In this document: piece after piece, positions 48,006-59,989 of the stretch
Position numbering within the stretch: the stretch's first letter is position 1
Layout of the letters: the number at the start of each line of letters is the position of its first letter
DNA from: Yuukianura sp. NJ FZ-2021
Lineage: Eukaryota
Length of the DNA: 64,000 nucleotides
Reading direction: 5' to 3'
Assembly (NCBI GenBank): GCA_046563655.1
Contig: CM102286.1
Span: 1,178,001-1,242,000, forward strand
The notes under the pieces: model-generated
What the model was told of the DNA's origin: nothing
Databases searched by the model: none
Seen by the model: only the letters and a program-made list of their open reading frames with translations
Made by a program: the position numbers and the translations under genes

Positions 48006-51000
48006 CTAGTACTCAACAGTGCTGTTAATTCTTCTCCTCGGTGGAACAATTCTTGGAAGTGAAAGTGGCGTGACAAAAAAGTTGGTTGGATCCCACTTCT
48101 GTTTTTGCAGTTGCAAACGGATCAAATTTTGGCCATAATTTCGAATGAGATGATCTTTGACGTCCAAATCGGGATAATTTTGGTACGTTTCTCCTCCGTC
48201 CATGAATTGCACAGTGTCCCAAAGTTCATAGAGGAAGTTCATGCCTTGGTGGACTTGCGCAGGGTCAGAAGAGCCTTCGTAGTGAATCGTGATGTCCAGA
48301 AGTGAGTCTCTGTGGACATAGGACATGTCTGTTTTCTGGAAATCATGGATTGCACCCTGCTCAGAGTTGCACAGAATCCAAATGTTGTTTTGGGGAATTC
48401 TCTCCAGAACGGTAGCTACTGCGTCCATTTGAGCCCTTGTGAAGTACTTTTTAATGAAGAAGGACTTGGCCTTGAAGTAGCGTGGAGCTGCAAGGTCTTT
48501 GTGCATGCTGTTTAGAAAAGCAATGATTTCCTGGTCGGCTGGAAGATCCATGAACCTTGTTGTGTGACTGTTGAAGTAGAGGTCAGCATCGGTCAACTTG
48601 CCAACGGTCATGAGCTGACCAGTCTTTGCATGTGGAATGACAATGGGTGCATAGCCGGTCATGACCACAAATTGAATGTAGTTGGGAAAAGATTGAATAA
48701 TTTCGGCCGGTTGTGGAAATTTTTCGAGCAGAACGCGAACAAATTCTGAGTAGTTTTTTGGTTGGACGTTTGGATCTTGAATGTGGACAGCAGAAAATTC
48801 AATTCCAGGAGAAACAGGAGGATACGTAGAGTTGTAAGTGTCTAAAGAACAATTTTAAGTTTGAAAATTTTGAAATTTTTGAAATAAAATAAAATTTCTT
48901 GAAAGTTTTTTTTGAAAATTTCTTTGAAATTCATACCGCTTGCCATCATAAATCCGATGAACGCTGTAGGCTCATTGGCCTTTATCCACTCCATCATATT
49001 TTGAAAGCCGATAAAAGCCGGCGCGAATTGTTTGACTTGATAGCGCAGTCGCACAAGCGTTATATTGATTTTGCTGGCTTCAAATAGCTTGACCTTGAAA
49101 CTAGTCACGATTCCGATGTACCCTGGACCATGACCACGCAGAGCCCAAAACAAATCCGAATTCTCCCGCTCATTTGCCACCACAATTTGGCCACGCCCAT
49201 CAACCATCTCAAATTCCACGACATTGTCAACTGCCAAGCCATACTGTGTCGAAAAGTATCCCACGCCACCACCAATTGCATGTCCACCCATGCCCACCGT
49301 CAGGCAATTGCCCATTGGCATGGCATAGCCACCGTTTTCCCAAAAGTAAGCATTCACTGGCCCCACCAAAGCTCCTGGTTCGAGTCGCCCCACCGCATTG
49401 GCCCCACTTCCTTCAATGCTGATGTTCCTCATGTTCCTGAAGTCGACCACTAGCGTTTCGTTGGTGCCCCACCCAATGCCTTCATAAGAGTGACCACCAC
49501 TGTTTGGTACCAAATGAATGTTGGTCTCCAGACCGCATTTGACGGCACTCGAAACATCCTGCGCAGAAGTCGGCAAGAAATAAGCAAGTGGGTAAACTTT
49601 TTGTTTGCGCAGATTCCATTGAAGGTTGAGGTGGTTGTAGTAGTCGGAGTTGAGGTCACGGCTAACGAATTTGTTTGTCTTGATCCCGTTGCTTTCTATG
49701 CATTTTCTGTACCGATTAATTCTATCTCCGTTTGTCTAAAAACAGTTATGTTTTTAAACCGACCTTTTGAAAAAAATTTTCATTCATTTTTAAAACTTTG
49801 TAAAAGAAAATATTTTGCCTTGTTCCTTCTCCAAAACGCTGCTTGCTCTGGTGCAATTTCATCTTCAAAGTATGAAGCAAGATTGAATTCAGCTTGAAGA
49901 TTGTTAAATGTAAAATCAGAAATTTGTATGGACGAAGCGGGAAAAGTTTGAAATTGGCTCCTTTCGAATGGATCAATTCCAACAAGTACTGCTTTCTGAG
50001 CTACTGTGGTGTCACGTGAGCGAAAATTTGTGGAAACTTCCAAGTAAATGACAAATTTTCGTTCTGGTCCACAAGTAACAAACTGCGTAGTGAAAATTCC
50101 CTTTGAAAAAAAAAGTTAACAATTCCAAAAAAAAATTACAGTAAAATTCAAAAAAGTGTAAATTTTTAGTTACTGTTTGATTCAATGATCGTCCTTGTTT
50201 TTGACAGTATCGAAGGTCATTTGATTTTCGGAATTCAAACATTTTGGAATTCGCACCACAGAATGCCCGTAGTTCATTCAAATGTGTTTCATCCTAAAAT
50301 TACAATTTGAAAATAGTAAAATCTCAAAACAAATTCTGGTTTTCAAGAAATATGAAATCCAAATTTTGAAAAATTTTACTTTTTCCTCAGAACTCCACTG
50401 TCCAGGTTCAGTTCCAGAGTTTTGATTTTCCAAATCCTCATCTGAGTTTGTGTCTTCCGAACTGAGGTCATCCGATGACCTTTGACCTGCTGAACTTTGA
50501 CTCAAACTACCTTCCTCTACAGTGTACTTGGCCTCACATTGACCAAAACTCGACTTTTCCTGGACAGAGTACTGAATTTGAGTGGCGCCATCTACGTTTG
50601 TACTGATTCTGCGTGAAGTACTTCCAGTATTGAGAATGAACATAGAAACTAGAGATTTTTTGATGTTGAGTGCCCAATCAGGATGCTGGAATTGCAATTT
50701 CATTGAAATTGGTTGTGCAGAGGAGTCAACCGTCACTTCACCCGGAGCTTCAAAGTACTTCCGAATTTCTTCGGGAGGCAAAATTTCAGCCAGCGGCTCT
50801 TTTTGAAAAACTCGCAACTTTTCACACTGAAAGTTTAAGTTTCAAATTGTTAATGTGGATTTACAATGTAAGGTATATAGGGGTCAAAGGTCATTGACCT
50901 CGGAAGGTGACTGACCTGAAAGCGGATCTTGTTGGTTCCAACAGGTGCTGACTTTAGTTCGTATTGTATTGAGTAGTTATCTAATGCATCGCTGGGAAGC

Positions 51001-51203
51001 GTCCATGCTGGAGACGCGAATGCAGTTGAGTGAATGTCGTACGTGTAAGTTTTTCCTGGTCGAAAACCGTGAAGTTGACCATTTCCAGGGGTCAAAGTTA
51101 ACGAAACTGAAAATCAAAATTTGGCAATGTCAATCTTTTGAAAAAGTTATACTTTTTGAAAATAAATCTTACATATCAAAACGAGGACGCTGGAGATCCT
51201 CAT
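48006..51203 (-). CDS. Vitellogenin_N-like domain fused to BBE-like FAD oxidase, copy B
   Basis: 31-nt signal exon 51203-51173. LLTP-like exons read GFRPGKTYTYDI, PDWALNIKKSLVS, YSVQEKSSFGQCEAKY and FRKSNDLRYC. The FAD exon (about 49735-48938) has NSGGHSYE and GNCLTVG, followed by the BBE exon (about 48841-48006). The junction into the oxidase probably needs a GC donor near 49818. Confidence 0.75.
50888..50900. promoter_or_regulatory. Perfect IR1 palindrome AGGTCA-T-TGACCT overlapping a DR1 (GGGTCA-A-AGGTCA) in intron 2 of copy B
   Basis: Exact EcR/USP-type consensus inside the 89-nt intron 50827-50915. Function is inferred only. Confidence 0.5.
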
Positions 51204-51862
51204 GTTGATGTTGGTATTGATGCCAAGCTAGAGTGTAACTGATTGACTTGTAGAAAATTTTATTTCAGCAAAACCGTTCAAAAATTTAAATTGAAATTTC
51301 ATTTTGTAAAGGACGAGCTATTTATAACCTTTGCTAATCCAGAAATTGCACCAACACAACATTTTCAGCTTGGCTAATCAAATTAATGAATTAATTACTC
51401 AAGTTAGCTTAGCTAATGAAATTATGTTTATTCATTTCATCATTTTTGCATAACAGTAACAAAAATTTATCTCCTGCATAAAGTCAATACTAAAAGTTGA
51501 AGTTCCAAAGCTCAGGATTGAAACTTTTGCAGCCTCATAAAGCAGAGTTGACAGTTTTTTTTGTTTGCAAAATTTTCGTTTTTTGCATAAAGGCAAAATC
51601 CAAAATCTTGCCTCATGCTTCCTACGACTGCAGAAAAACTGCAATACAAAAAAATTCTACTTGAATAAGCTCAAGATAATGTTCAAAAGTAAAATACAAC
51701 GGCTTAAACTTACAACTTTTTTCAATCCAAAAATATAAAGATAAAACTTACTGGTAATAAGAAAAAAGTTCAGCACAAATTATCTAAGTATAGTTTATGA
51801 ATAATTCCAAAATTTTAACAAAAATTAAAAATCTTAAAAAAAGAACAAAATCTTAGAAATTA

Positions 51863-54800
51863 TTAACCGCTACTCTGCGTGGAATTGACAGGAAGTGACA
51901 ATTGAGTGACAAAATAGTTGGTTGGATCCCATTTCGTCTTTTGTTGAATCAATCTGTTCAAATTTTCACCATAATATCGAACATGATTATCCTGGATATC
52001 CAAATCAGGATAATTTTGATACGATTGACCTCCGTCCATGAATTGAATAGTGTCCCACAGTTCATACAAATATTTCATTCCTTCTTCAACTTGCGCAGGA
52101 TCAGAAGAACCTTCGTAGTGAATCACAAGTTCCAAAAGTACATCGCGATGAACATAAGCTGTTTCGTTTTTTCGCAAATTTTGAATTGCTCCAAGTTCAG
52201 TGTTGCAAAAAAGCCAAATATTTCTGTTTGGGATTCTCTGCAGAACTTGAGCAACTCGTTGCAGTTCGGCCGCTGTGAAAAATCTTTTGATAAAAAATGC
52301 TTTTGCTTTGAAGTAACGCAGAGCAGCGTTTTCTTTGCGCAGACTCTTCATGAACGCAATTCTTTTAGCGTCTGGTTGCGGAATGCCGTTGCGAATTCTC
52401 AAAATGTCGTCACCGGGAGATAAAATATTGGTTTGATTTTGATTTGGATTTGGCGGTTTGACGGTAATTGGGTAATATCCGGTCGAATCTACAAAGTGAA
52501 TGTAACTTGGAAAAGTAGTAAAGGAACGAAGTGGTGGTGGGAATATTTCAGACAAAATTTTCAAAAATGTTGAGCTTCCTTTCGGTTGAACATTTGGATC
52601 TTGAATGTGCACAAAAATGAAATTGATGCCACCAAGAGCTGGAGGGAGCGTTGACAAGTGGCGTTCTTTTAAAACAAAAAATTTCATCAATGTATAAAAT
52701 TTTTAAATTCAAAGTTTGAAAAACTTACCGCTGGCAATGTAGAAGTTCATAAAAACGGGTTCGTTCACTTTACTCCATCGTATCATTTTTTGAAAAGCAA
52801 CGTACGTTGGAACAAAATCTTTGACGGCATAACCTAGTCGAACGAACGTAATTTTCATCTTGCTGGCTTCAAACAATTTGATTTTAAATCTTGTCACGAT
52901 TCCGATGTACCCTGGACCACTACCACGCAAAGCCCAAAACAAATCCGAATTCTCCCGCTCATTTGCCACCACAATTTGGCCACGCCCATCAACCATTTCA
53001 AATTCAATGACATTGTCAATTGCCAAGCCATAAACTGAGGAGAAGAATCCCAACCCACCTCCAATCGCATGGCCACCCATTCCCACCGTCAGACAATTTC
53101 CAACTGAAACACCGTAGCCACCATTTTCCCAAAAGTAAGCAAAAACATGCCCCAGCAAAGCTCCCGGCTCCACCAGCCCCACCGCATTGGCCCCACTTCC
53201 TTCCACACTCATTTTCTGCATGTTCCTGAAGTCCACCACGAGAGTGTGGTTGGTGCCCCACCCAATGCTTTCGTAAGAGTGACCACCACTGTTCGGCACA
53301 ACGTGAATCCTGGTCTGCAGTCCACATTTGACGGCAGTCGCCACGTCCTGCGCAGACGTCGGCAGGAAATAAGCCACTGGGTAAACTTTCTGTTTGCGCA
53401 GATTCCATTGGACGTTGAGGCGATTGTAGCGGTTGGAATTGGAGTCACGTGGAACGAATTTACTGCGCATGACTCCGTTTCTCTCCAAACAGGTTTGGTA
53501 CCTTCTCAGTCGACTAGTTTCCTGAAATGAAAACATTTAATTTCTTGGCTAACTTTGCTATTCCAAAGTTAAATGAGCTTTTCTTCCGTTTTTTTTACAG
53601 TTGTTGCATTATTGGTTGGATTTCTGGAGTTCGGTTTTGCATTTGCGGAATTTCCAAAATGTAGTCCATGTCGTGCTGGTTTGTAAGTAAAATCGGTTAG
53701 TTCTTGCACAGGCGCTGGAATTCCATGATACTGCAGTGCTTTAGTGTAGCTGATGTCCACTAACAGCATACTCTCCACATCATGCTGTGATCCGTTACGA
53801 ATCATCTTGTGCGAAATTTCAAGAAGGCTAACGTTTTTCGGATGTTGTCCACAAGCCATGATTTGCATTTCAGAGACACCCTGTTTAAAAAAATGGATTT
53901 TGGCAAATTTTCTATAAAAAATGCCTTTTTGTTCTGTAAAAAGCAGCTTACAGTTCGACGTGTTTTTGGGCTCACATTTCCAAAATTTGTTTGGCAGTGA
54001 TGTAAGTCAGTCGTTTTTCGAAATCCGTACAACTTCGTACCAGTTTCGCAAAAACGCGACAACTCCTGAAAATGTTCGTTTTCCTAAAAAATGTTGACAT
54101 GCCGACAAACAGATAGGGAAAAAATATAAAGTAGCGAATTACTTCCGCTACTTATGAATTGCTTTTTGTCTTACTGGATTTCGATTCGGTTTCACTTCAT
54201 GTTCGTAAGAATTCCAACGCGTTGGAATTCCGTTTTTGAACTCTTGTGCGACTTGTTGACTTATCCAATCAAAATCGTTCTGAACCGGAGCATGAACGGG
54301 ATCTTTGAGCCATGCTTCGTAGTTCCATGAGTCCAGGAAATCTTCATCTTGAGGTAGACCATGACGCTTGAATGGCCAAGTATTGTCGACATACACTGTA
54401 TTCTGTTGAGATTCAGCTGGTAAAACTTCTTGCATGTCATAGGTCACCGGACACTGCCCAAGTATTGACCTCTCCTGGACAGAGTATTGCTGTGAAGTAG
54501 GATGTGCTTGAGTGATGCTGTTCATACTTTGTGAAGCAGTGTTTGAATTTCCCAAGAAAGTGAACCTAGAAACTTGTGTTTTCTTTAAATTCAAAGCCCA
54601 TTCGGGTAAGTTTGCTTGAACTTTCATAGAAACCGGTTGACCCAAACCATCCATCGTCACCTCCATCGGAGATTCAAGAAAACTTCGGATTCTGTCCGAC
54701 ATTTTCAACTCTCGATTCGCTCCATTCCGTTTTTCATACTTGAATATCCGAAAGTCTTGAGGCTAAAAATAAAAAACAGTTTTCTATCAAAATTTTCAAA

Positions 54801-55173
54801 GTTCATAAAATTACAAAGTATTCAAACTTTTAGTGTAAAAAGTCAAATGTCACTGACTTGTATGAGCAGCATGTTCTTCCCAACAGCGGTGACTTTCAGA
54901 AAGTACTGCGCAGAAGCTGTTTCTTCAAAGTTGTCACTCGGAAATCCAGGCGGCGACATAAAAGAATTGATGTCGCCATGTACTGCATAAGTGTACATCC
55001 GACCAAGGGCAAAGTAATTCGTCTGTGCTCCGACGTACTGGAAACTAAATACATCTGAAAAGCCAAGTTCAAAATAATTCTTAAAAACTTCTAAATGATA
55101 GAGAATTTTAGAATTTTTGGCAAATGAAAAGATGGAACTTGCAAGTAAAACAGAACACGATGACCGCCCTCAT
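51863..55173 (-). CDS. Vitellogenin_N-like domain fused to BBE-like FAD oxidase, copy C
   Basis: Signal exon 55173-55143 (GC donor). Then FALGRMYTYAVHG, PEWALNLKKTQVS, YSVQERSILGQCPVTY and FRKTTDLHHC. A phase-0 intron joins ...NNATT to ETSRLRRYQTC; NSGGHSYE, GNCLTVG and YQNYPDLD...KWDPTNYF follow. Confidence 0.82.
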
Positions 55174-55756
55174 TTTTCTAGAAAAAAAAATCACCAGAAA
55201 TTACAACTTTACATTTGGAACACTTTTTGATTCGAAGTGAAATTGGCAAGTGATTTTGGTATAAGGAGGTTGAGCACCTAACTTTTCCTTTCTGCGAGTT
55301 GATGCATAGTTTTCAACAAATTGAAACGTTTCACCTACAGTGAATAATACGCCAATCCAAAAAATTACAAAACGAAACTGCTTAACTAGCCAACAAAAAG
55401 GCTGAATGTTTTGTTTGTGCGCAACAAAAAGAAGAAAGTGAAGAGAATAGCAATTAACATCATGAAAAGTCAATCAGCGAATCAAAAAATAACATGAAAC
55501 GGATACGCATCAAAATATACTTCAACAGAGAAATTCTTCCTACCTTTAGCTAATTTTTGGCAATGGTAAAATCAGATGGCATTTTTTGTACTTCATGTTT
55601 TTGAAAACCTAACAACTGCTGAAAAAAAGTAAAATAGTTTACAGCTATACATATATATTTGGATCGTCACGAAACTTTTTAATATTAAACCAAAAGTTCA
55701 AATTGCTTATAAAATATCACAAACCAATCAGTATTAACACAAAATTCCAAAAATTT

Positions 55757-58700
55757 TCAAAATTGGTAGCCGTTACTCCTCGTGACAGGAAGTGACAATT
55801 GAGTGACAAAATAGTTGGTTGGATCCCATTTCGTTTTTTGTTGAATCAATCTGTTCAAATTTTCACCGTAATATCGAACATGATTATCCGGGATATCCAA
55901 ATCAGGATAATTTTGATACGATTGTCCTCCGTCCATGAATTGAATAGTATCCCACAGTTCATACAGATATTTCATTCCTTCTTCAACTTGCTCAGGATCA
56001 GAAGAACCTTCGTAGTGAATAGTAAAATCCAAAAGTACATCGCGATGAACATAAGCTGTTTCGTTGTTTTTAAACTTTTGAATTGCTGCAAGTTCAGTGT
56101 TGCACAAAATCCAAATATTTCTGTTTGGAATTCTCTGCAGAACTCGAGCAACTCGTTCCAGTTCAGACGCTGTGAAAAATCTTCTGATAAAAAATCCCTT
56201 CCCTTTGAAGTATCGCAGAGCAGCATTTTCTTTGGTCACACTCTTCATAAATGCAATTCTTTCGACGTCGGGTTGTGGATTTCTGAAGCGAGTTCTTAAA
56301 ATGTCGTCTTCTGGAGAGAAATCACTGGTTTGATTTTGATTGGGATTTGGCGGTTGGACGGTAATTGGGGAATATCCGGTGTAATCTGCCATTTGAATGA
56401 GATTTGGAAAAATAGTTATGGAACGAGCTGGTGGCGGGAAAGTTTCAAAAAGGACTTTCAAAAACGTTGAGTTTCCTCTCGGTTGAACTTTCGGATCTTG
56501 AATGTGATGAAAGCCGTAGGTAAAACCTGCACCGATTGTAGGGAGAGTTGAGACGTAGCCATCTTCAAAATCCAAATTAAAACAAAGTTAAGGTTAGTCC
56601 AATATTGGCAAACTGAAATTGGAAATTATTTACTTTCTTCAAAAATTTTCAATCTCTGATCAAAAACATACCGCCAGCGAGGGAGAAGCTCATAATAACG
56701 GGTTCATTGACCTTAGTCCATTGAATCATCTTTTGTAAAGCGAGATACGTTGGAACAAAATCTTTGACGGGGTAACTTAGTCGCACAAACGTCAGTTTAA
56801 TGTTTTTGGCATCGAACAATTTGAATTTGAATCTCGTCACGATTCCGATGTACCCAGGACCATGACCACGCAGAGCCCAAAACAAATCCGAATTCTCCCG
56901 CTCATTTGCCACCACAATTTGGCCACGCCCATCAACCATTTCAAATTCAATGACATTGTCCACTGCTAAGCCGTACAGTGATGAGAAGTATCCCACACCA
57001 CCACCAATTGCATGCCCACCCATTGCCACTGTCATACAATTTCCAACTGGTATGCCATAGCCACCATTTTCCCAAAAGTAAGCAAAAACATGCGCCAGCA
57101 AAGCTCCTGGCTCCACCAGCCCCACCGCATTGGCCCCACTTCCTTCCACACTCATGTTCTGCATGTTCCTGAAGTCCACCACGAGAGTGTGGTTGGTGCC
57201 CCACCCAATGCTTTCGTAAGAGTGACCACCACTGTTCGGCACAACGTGAATCCTGGTCTGCAGTCCACATTTGACGGCAGTCGCCACGTCATGCGCAGAC
57301 GTCGGCAGGAAATAAGCCACTGGGTAAACTTTCTGTTTGCGCAGATTCCATTGGACGTTGAGGCGATTGTAGCGGTTGGAATTGGAGTCACGTGGAACGA
57401 ATTTACTGCGCATGACTCCGTTTCTCTCCAAACAGGTTTGATACCATTTGAGTCGACTAGTTTCCTGTAATGAACACATGAAATTCTTGCTCAACTTTGC
57501 TATTTCAAACTTATATGACACTTTTTTCCGTCTTATTTTTACCGTTGTTGCAGTATTAGTTGGATTTCTGAAGTTCGGATTTTCGGAATTTCCAAAATGC
57601 AGTCCATCTCGTGCTGGTTTGTAAGTAAAATCGGTTACCTCTTGCCATGGCGCTGGAAATCCGTGATACTGCATTGCCATTGCATAGCTGATGTCGACTA
57701 ACAGCATATTCTCCACATCATGCTGCGATCCGTCACGAATCATCTTATGCGAAATTTCAAGAAGGCTGACATTGTTTGGATGTTGACTGCAAGCCATTAT
57801 TTCCATTTCTGCTACAGCCTTTGTAAGAAAAAACAGTGAATTTTGGAAACTTTTCAAATGAAATGCCTATTTGTTTTGAGTACAACAAAGGATTTACAGC
57901 TCGAGGTTCTTCCGAGTTCACATTTTCAAAATTTGTTTGACAGTGTTGTAGCTCAGTCGTCTTTCGAAATTTGTACAATTTGGCTTCACTTTCGCAGAAA
58001 CGATATAACTCACGAACATGTTCAGTTTCCTGAAAAGAAAAAGTGTTCAGAAAGTTTCAAGTAATAATTCTTTTTAAAGTCTTTACTGTATTGCGGATTG
58101 AGTTCACTTTGACTTCATTTCCAAAAGAATTCCAATGCGTTGAAATTCCGTTTGTGAATTCCTGCGAAACTTGTTGACTTATCCAATCAAAATCGTTCTC
58201 AACCGGATTGTGCCCAGGATCTTCTTTGGGCCATGCGTCGTAGTTCCAGGAGTCATCATCATGTTGAGGCATACCACTGCGTTTAAATCGCAAAGTGTGG
58301 TCGACATACACTGGATTATGTTGAGATTCAGTTGGAAATACAATGTGTTGCATGTCATAGGTCACCGGACACTGCCCAAGTATTGACCTCTCCTGGACAG
58401 AGTATTGCTGTGAAGTAGGATGTGCTGGAGTGATGCTGTTCACACTTTGTGAAGCAGTGTTTGAATTTCCCAAGAAAGTGAACCTAGAAACTTGTGTTTT
58501 CTTTAAATTCAAAGCCCATTCGGGCAAGTTTGCTTGAACTTTCATAGAAACCGGTTGACCCCAACCATCCATCGTCACCTCCATCGGAGATTCAAGAAAA
58601 CTTCGGATTCTGTCCGACATTTTCAACTCTCGATTCGCTCCATTCCGTTTTTCATACTCGAATATCCGAAAGTCTTGAGGCTAAGAATAAAAAAAATAGT

Positions 58701-59090
58701 TTTCTATCAAAATTTTCAAAGTTCATAAAATTACAAAATATTCAAACTTTTTGTGTAAAAAGTCAAATGTCACTGACTTGTATGAGCAACATGTTTTTCC
58801 CAACAGCGGTGACTTTCAGAAAGTACTGCGCAGATGCCGTTTCTTCCAAGTTGTCGCTAAGAAATCCAGGCGGCGACATGAAAGAATTGACGTCGCCATG
58901 TACTGCATAAGTGTACATCCGACCAAGGGCAAAGGAATTAGTTTGTGCTTCAGCGACATTGAAGCTGCGCGCGTCTGAAATAACAAATTCAAAATTATTC
59001 TTACGGAATAGTTTAGATTTGTTGAACTTTTTGAAAATACAAAAAAATATGCAACTTGCAAATGAAACAGAACACGATGAACTCCCGCAT
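55757..59090 (-). CDS. Vitellogenin_N-like domain fused to BBE-like FAD oxidase, copy D
   Basis: Same exon plan as copy C. ORF 56649-57857 reads open from the last LLTP-side exon straight into the FAD domain. Motifs NSGGHSYE, GNCMTVA and YQNYPDLD. Confidence 0.82.
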
Positions 59091-59989
59091 TCTCGAATAG
59101 AGTAAAACAAAACTCTGCACAAACATCAACTTTTATTTGTAAAACTCTTGAATGCGACGCGAAGTGAAAATAGGAACTGATTTTGGTTCGGGGATTCTGC
59201 ACACCAACTTATCCTTACTTAGTTTTCAATTTGAAACCTAGCCAATGTGCCTTTCGGTTTCACCTTACAGTGAAAAATTTAACACATTTTGGCAATTAAA
59301 AAATACAAATCGAAAGCTTGTACTAATTACCAAAAAAAATGTTTATTTTTATGTTCATGTAACGAAAGGAACAAAGTGAAAAGAATAGAAATTAACTTAA
59401 GGAAAAGCGAATAAGTAAATCAAAAAAATAACACAAAACGGATACACATCCAAAAATTTCTTTAAAATTGGATTACGTACTACACAAATATTAGGCAAAA
59501 TCTAACCTTTGAATCATATGTGAAACGAATCGCATCGTCTTCGAAGTCCTCAAGCGTGCAAACTACGTTAACAGAGAGATTTTTCCCACTTTTTAGTTTT
59601 TTGGTAAAATCATTTTTGTAGTTATTAATTTTGTAATTTGGAAGTACTAAAAAAATCATAATGAATGCCTGTGTGTTGTTACGCTTATAGATCAGAGGTC
59701 AGTAACCCCAATCCGTTGAAATTGAAAAAATACGCAGAACTACATCTGAAAATTGAGATTTTCATTTCATTTTTTTTTTACTAAATTTCATGTTTTTGAA
59801 AAACAAAGACATAAGTAAAATAGTTTAAAGATGTACTTATTTTTGATTGTTAACAATTTTTGTTATGCTTAGGAGGGATTTTGACTTAACCTAAAATTGT
59901 AATCTTAATCCTAATTCTAAATCTATAAATCTAAAAAACCAAAATTCTAAACTAATCCTAACATAAAATTGTAAACTTTAAATTCTAAA

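Noticed and set aside
50278..51203. Stand-alone truncated vitellogenin pseudogenes between the oxidases
   Set aside because: Exon phases link them in frame to the downstream oxidase in four copies, with no stop codons in the inferred exons, so fusion is the simpler reading. RNA confirmation is still needed.
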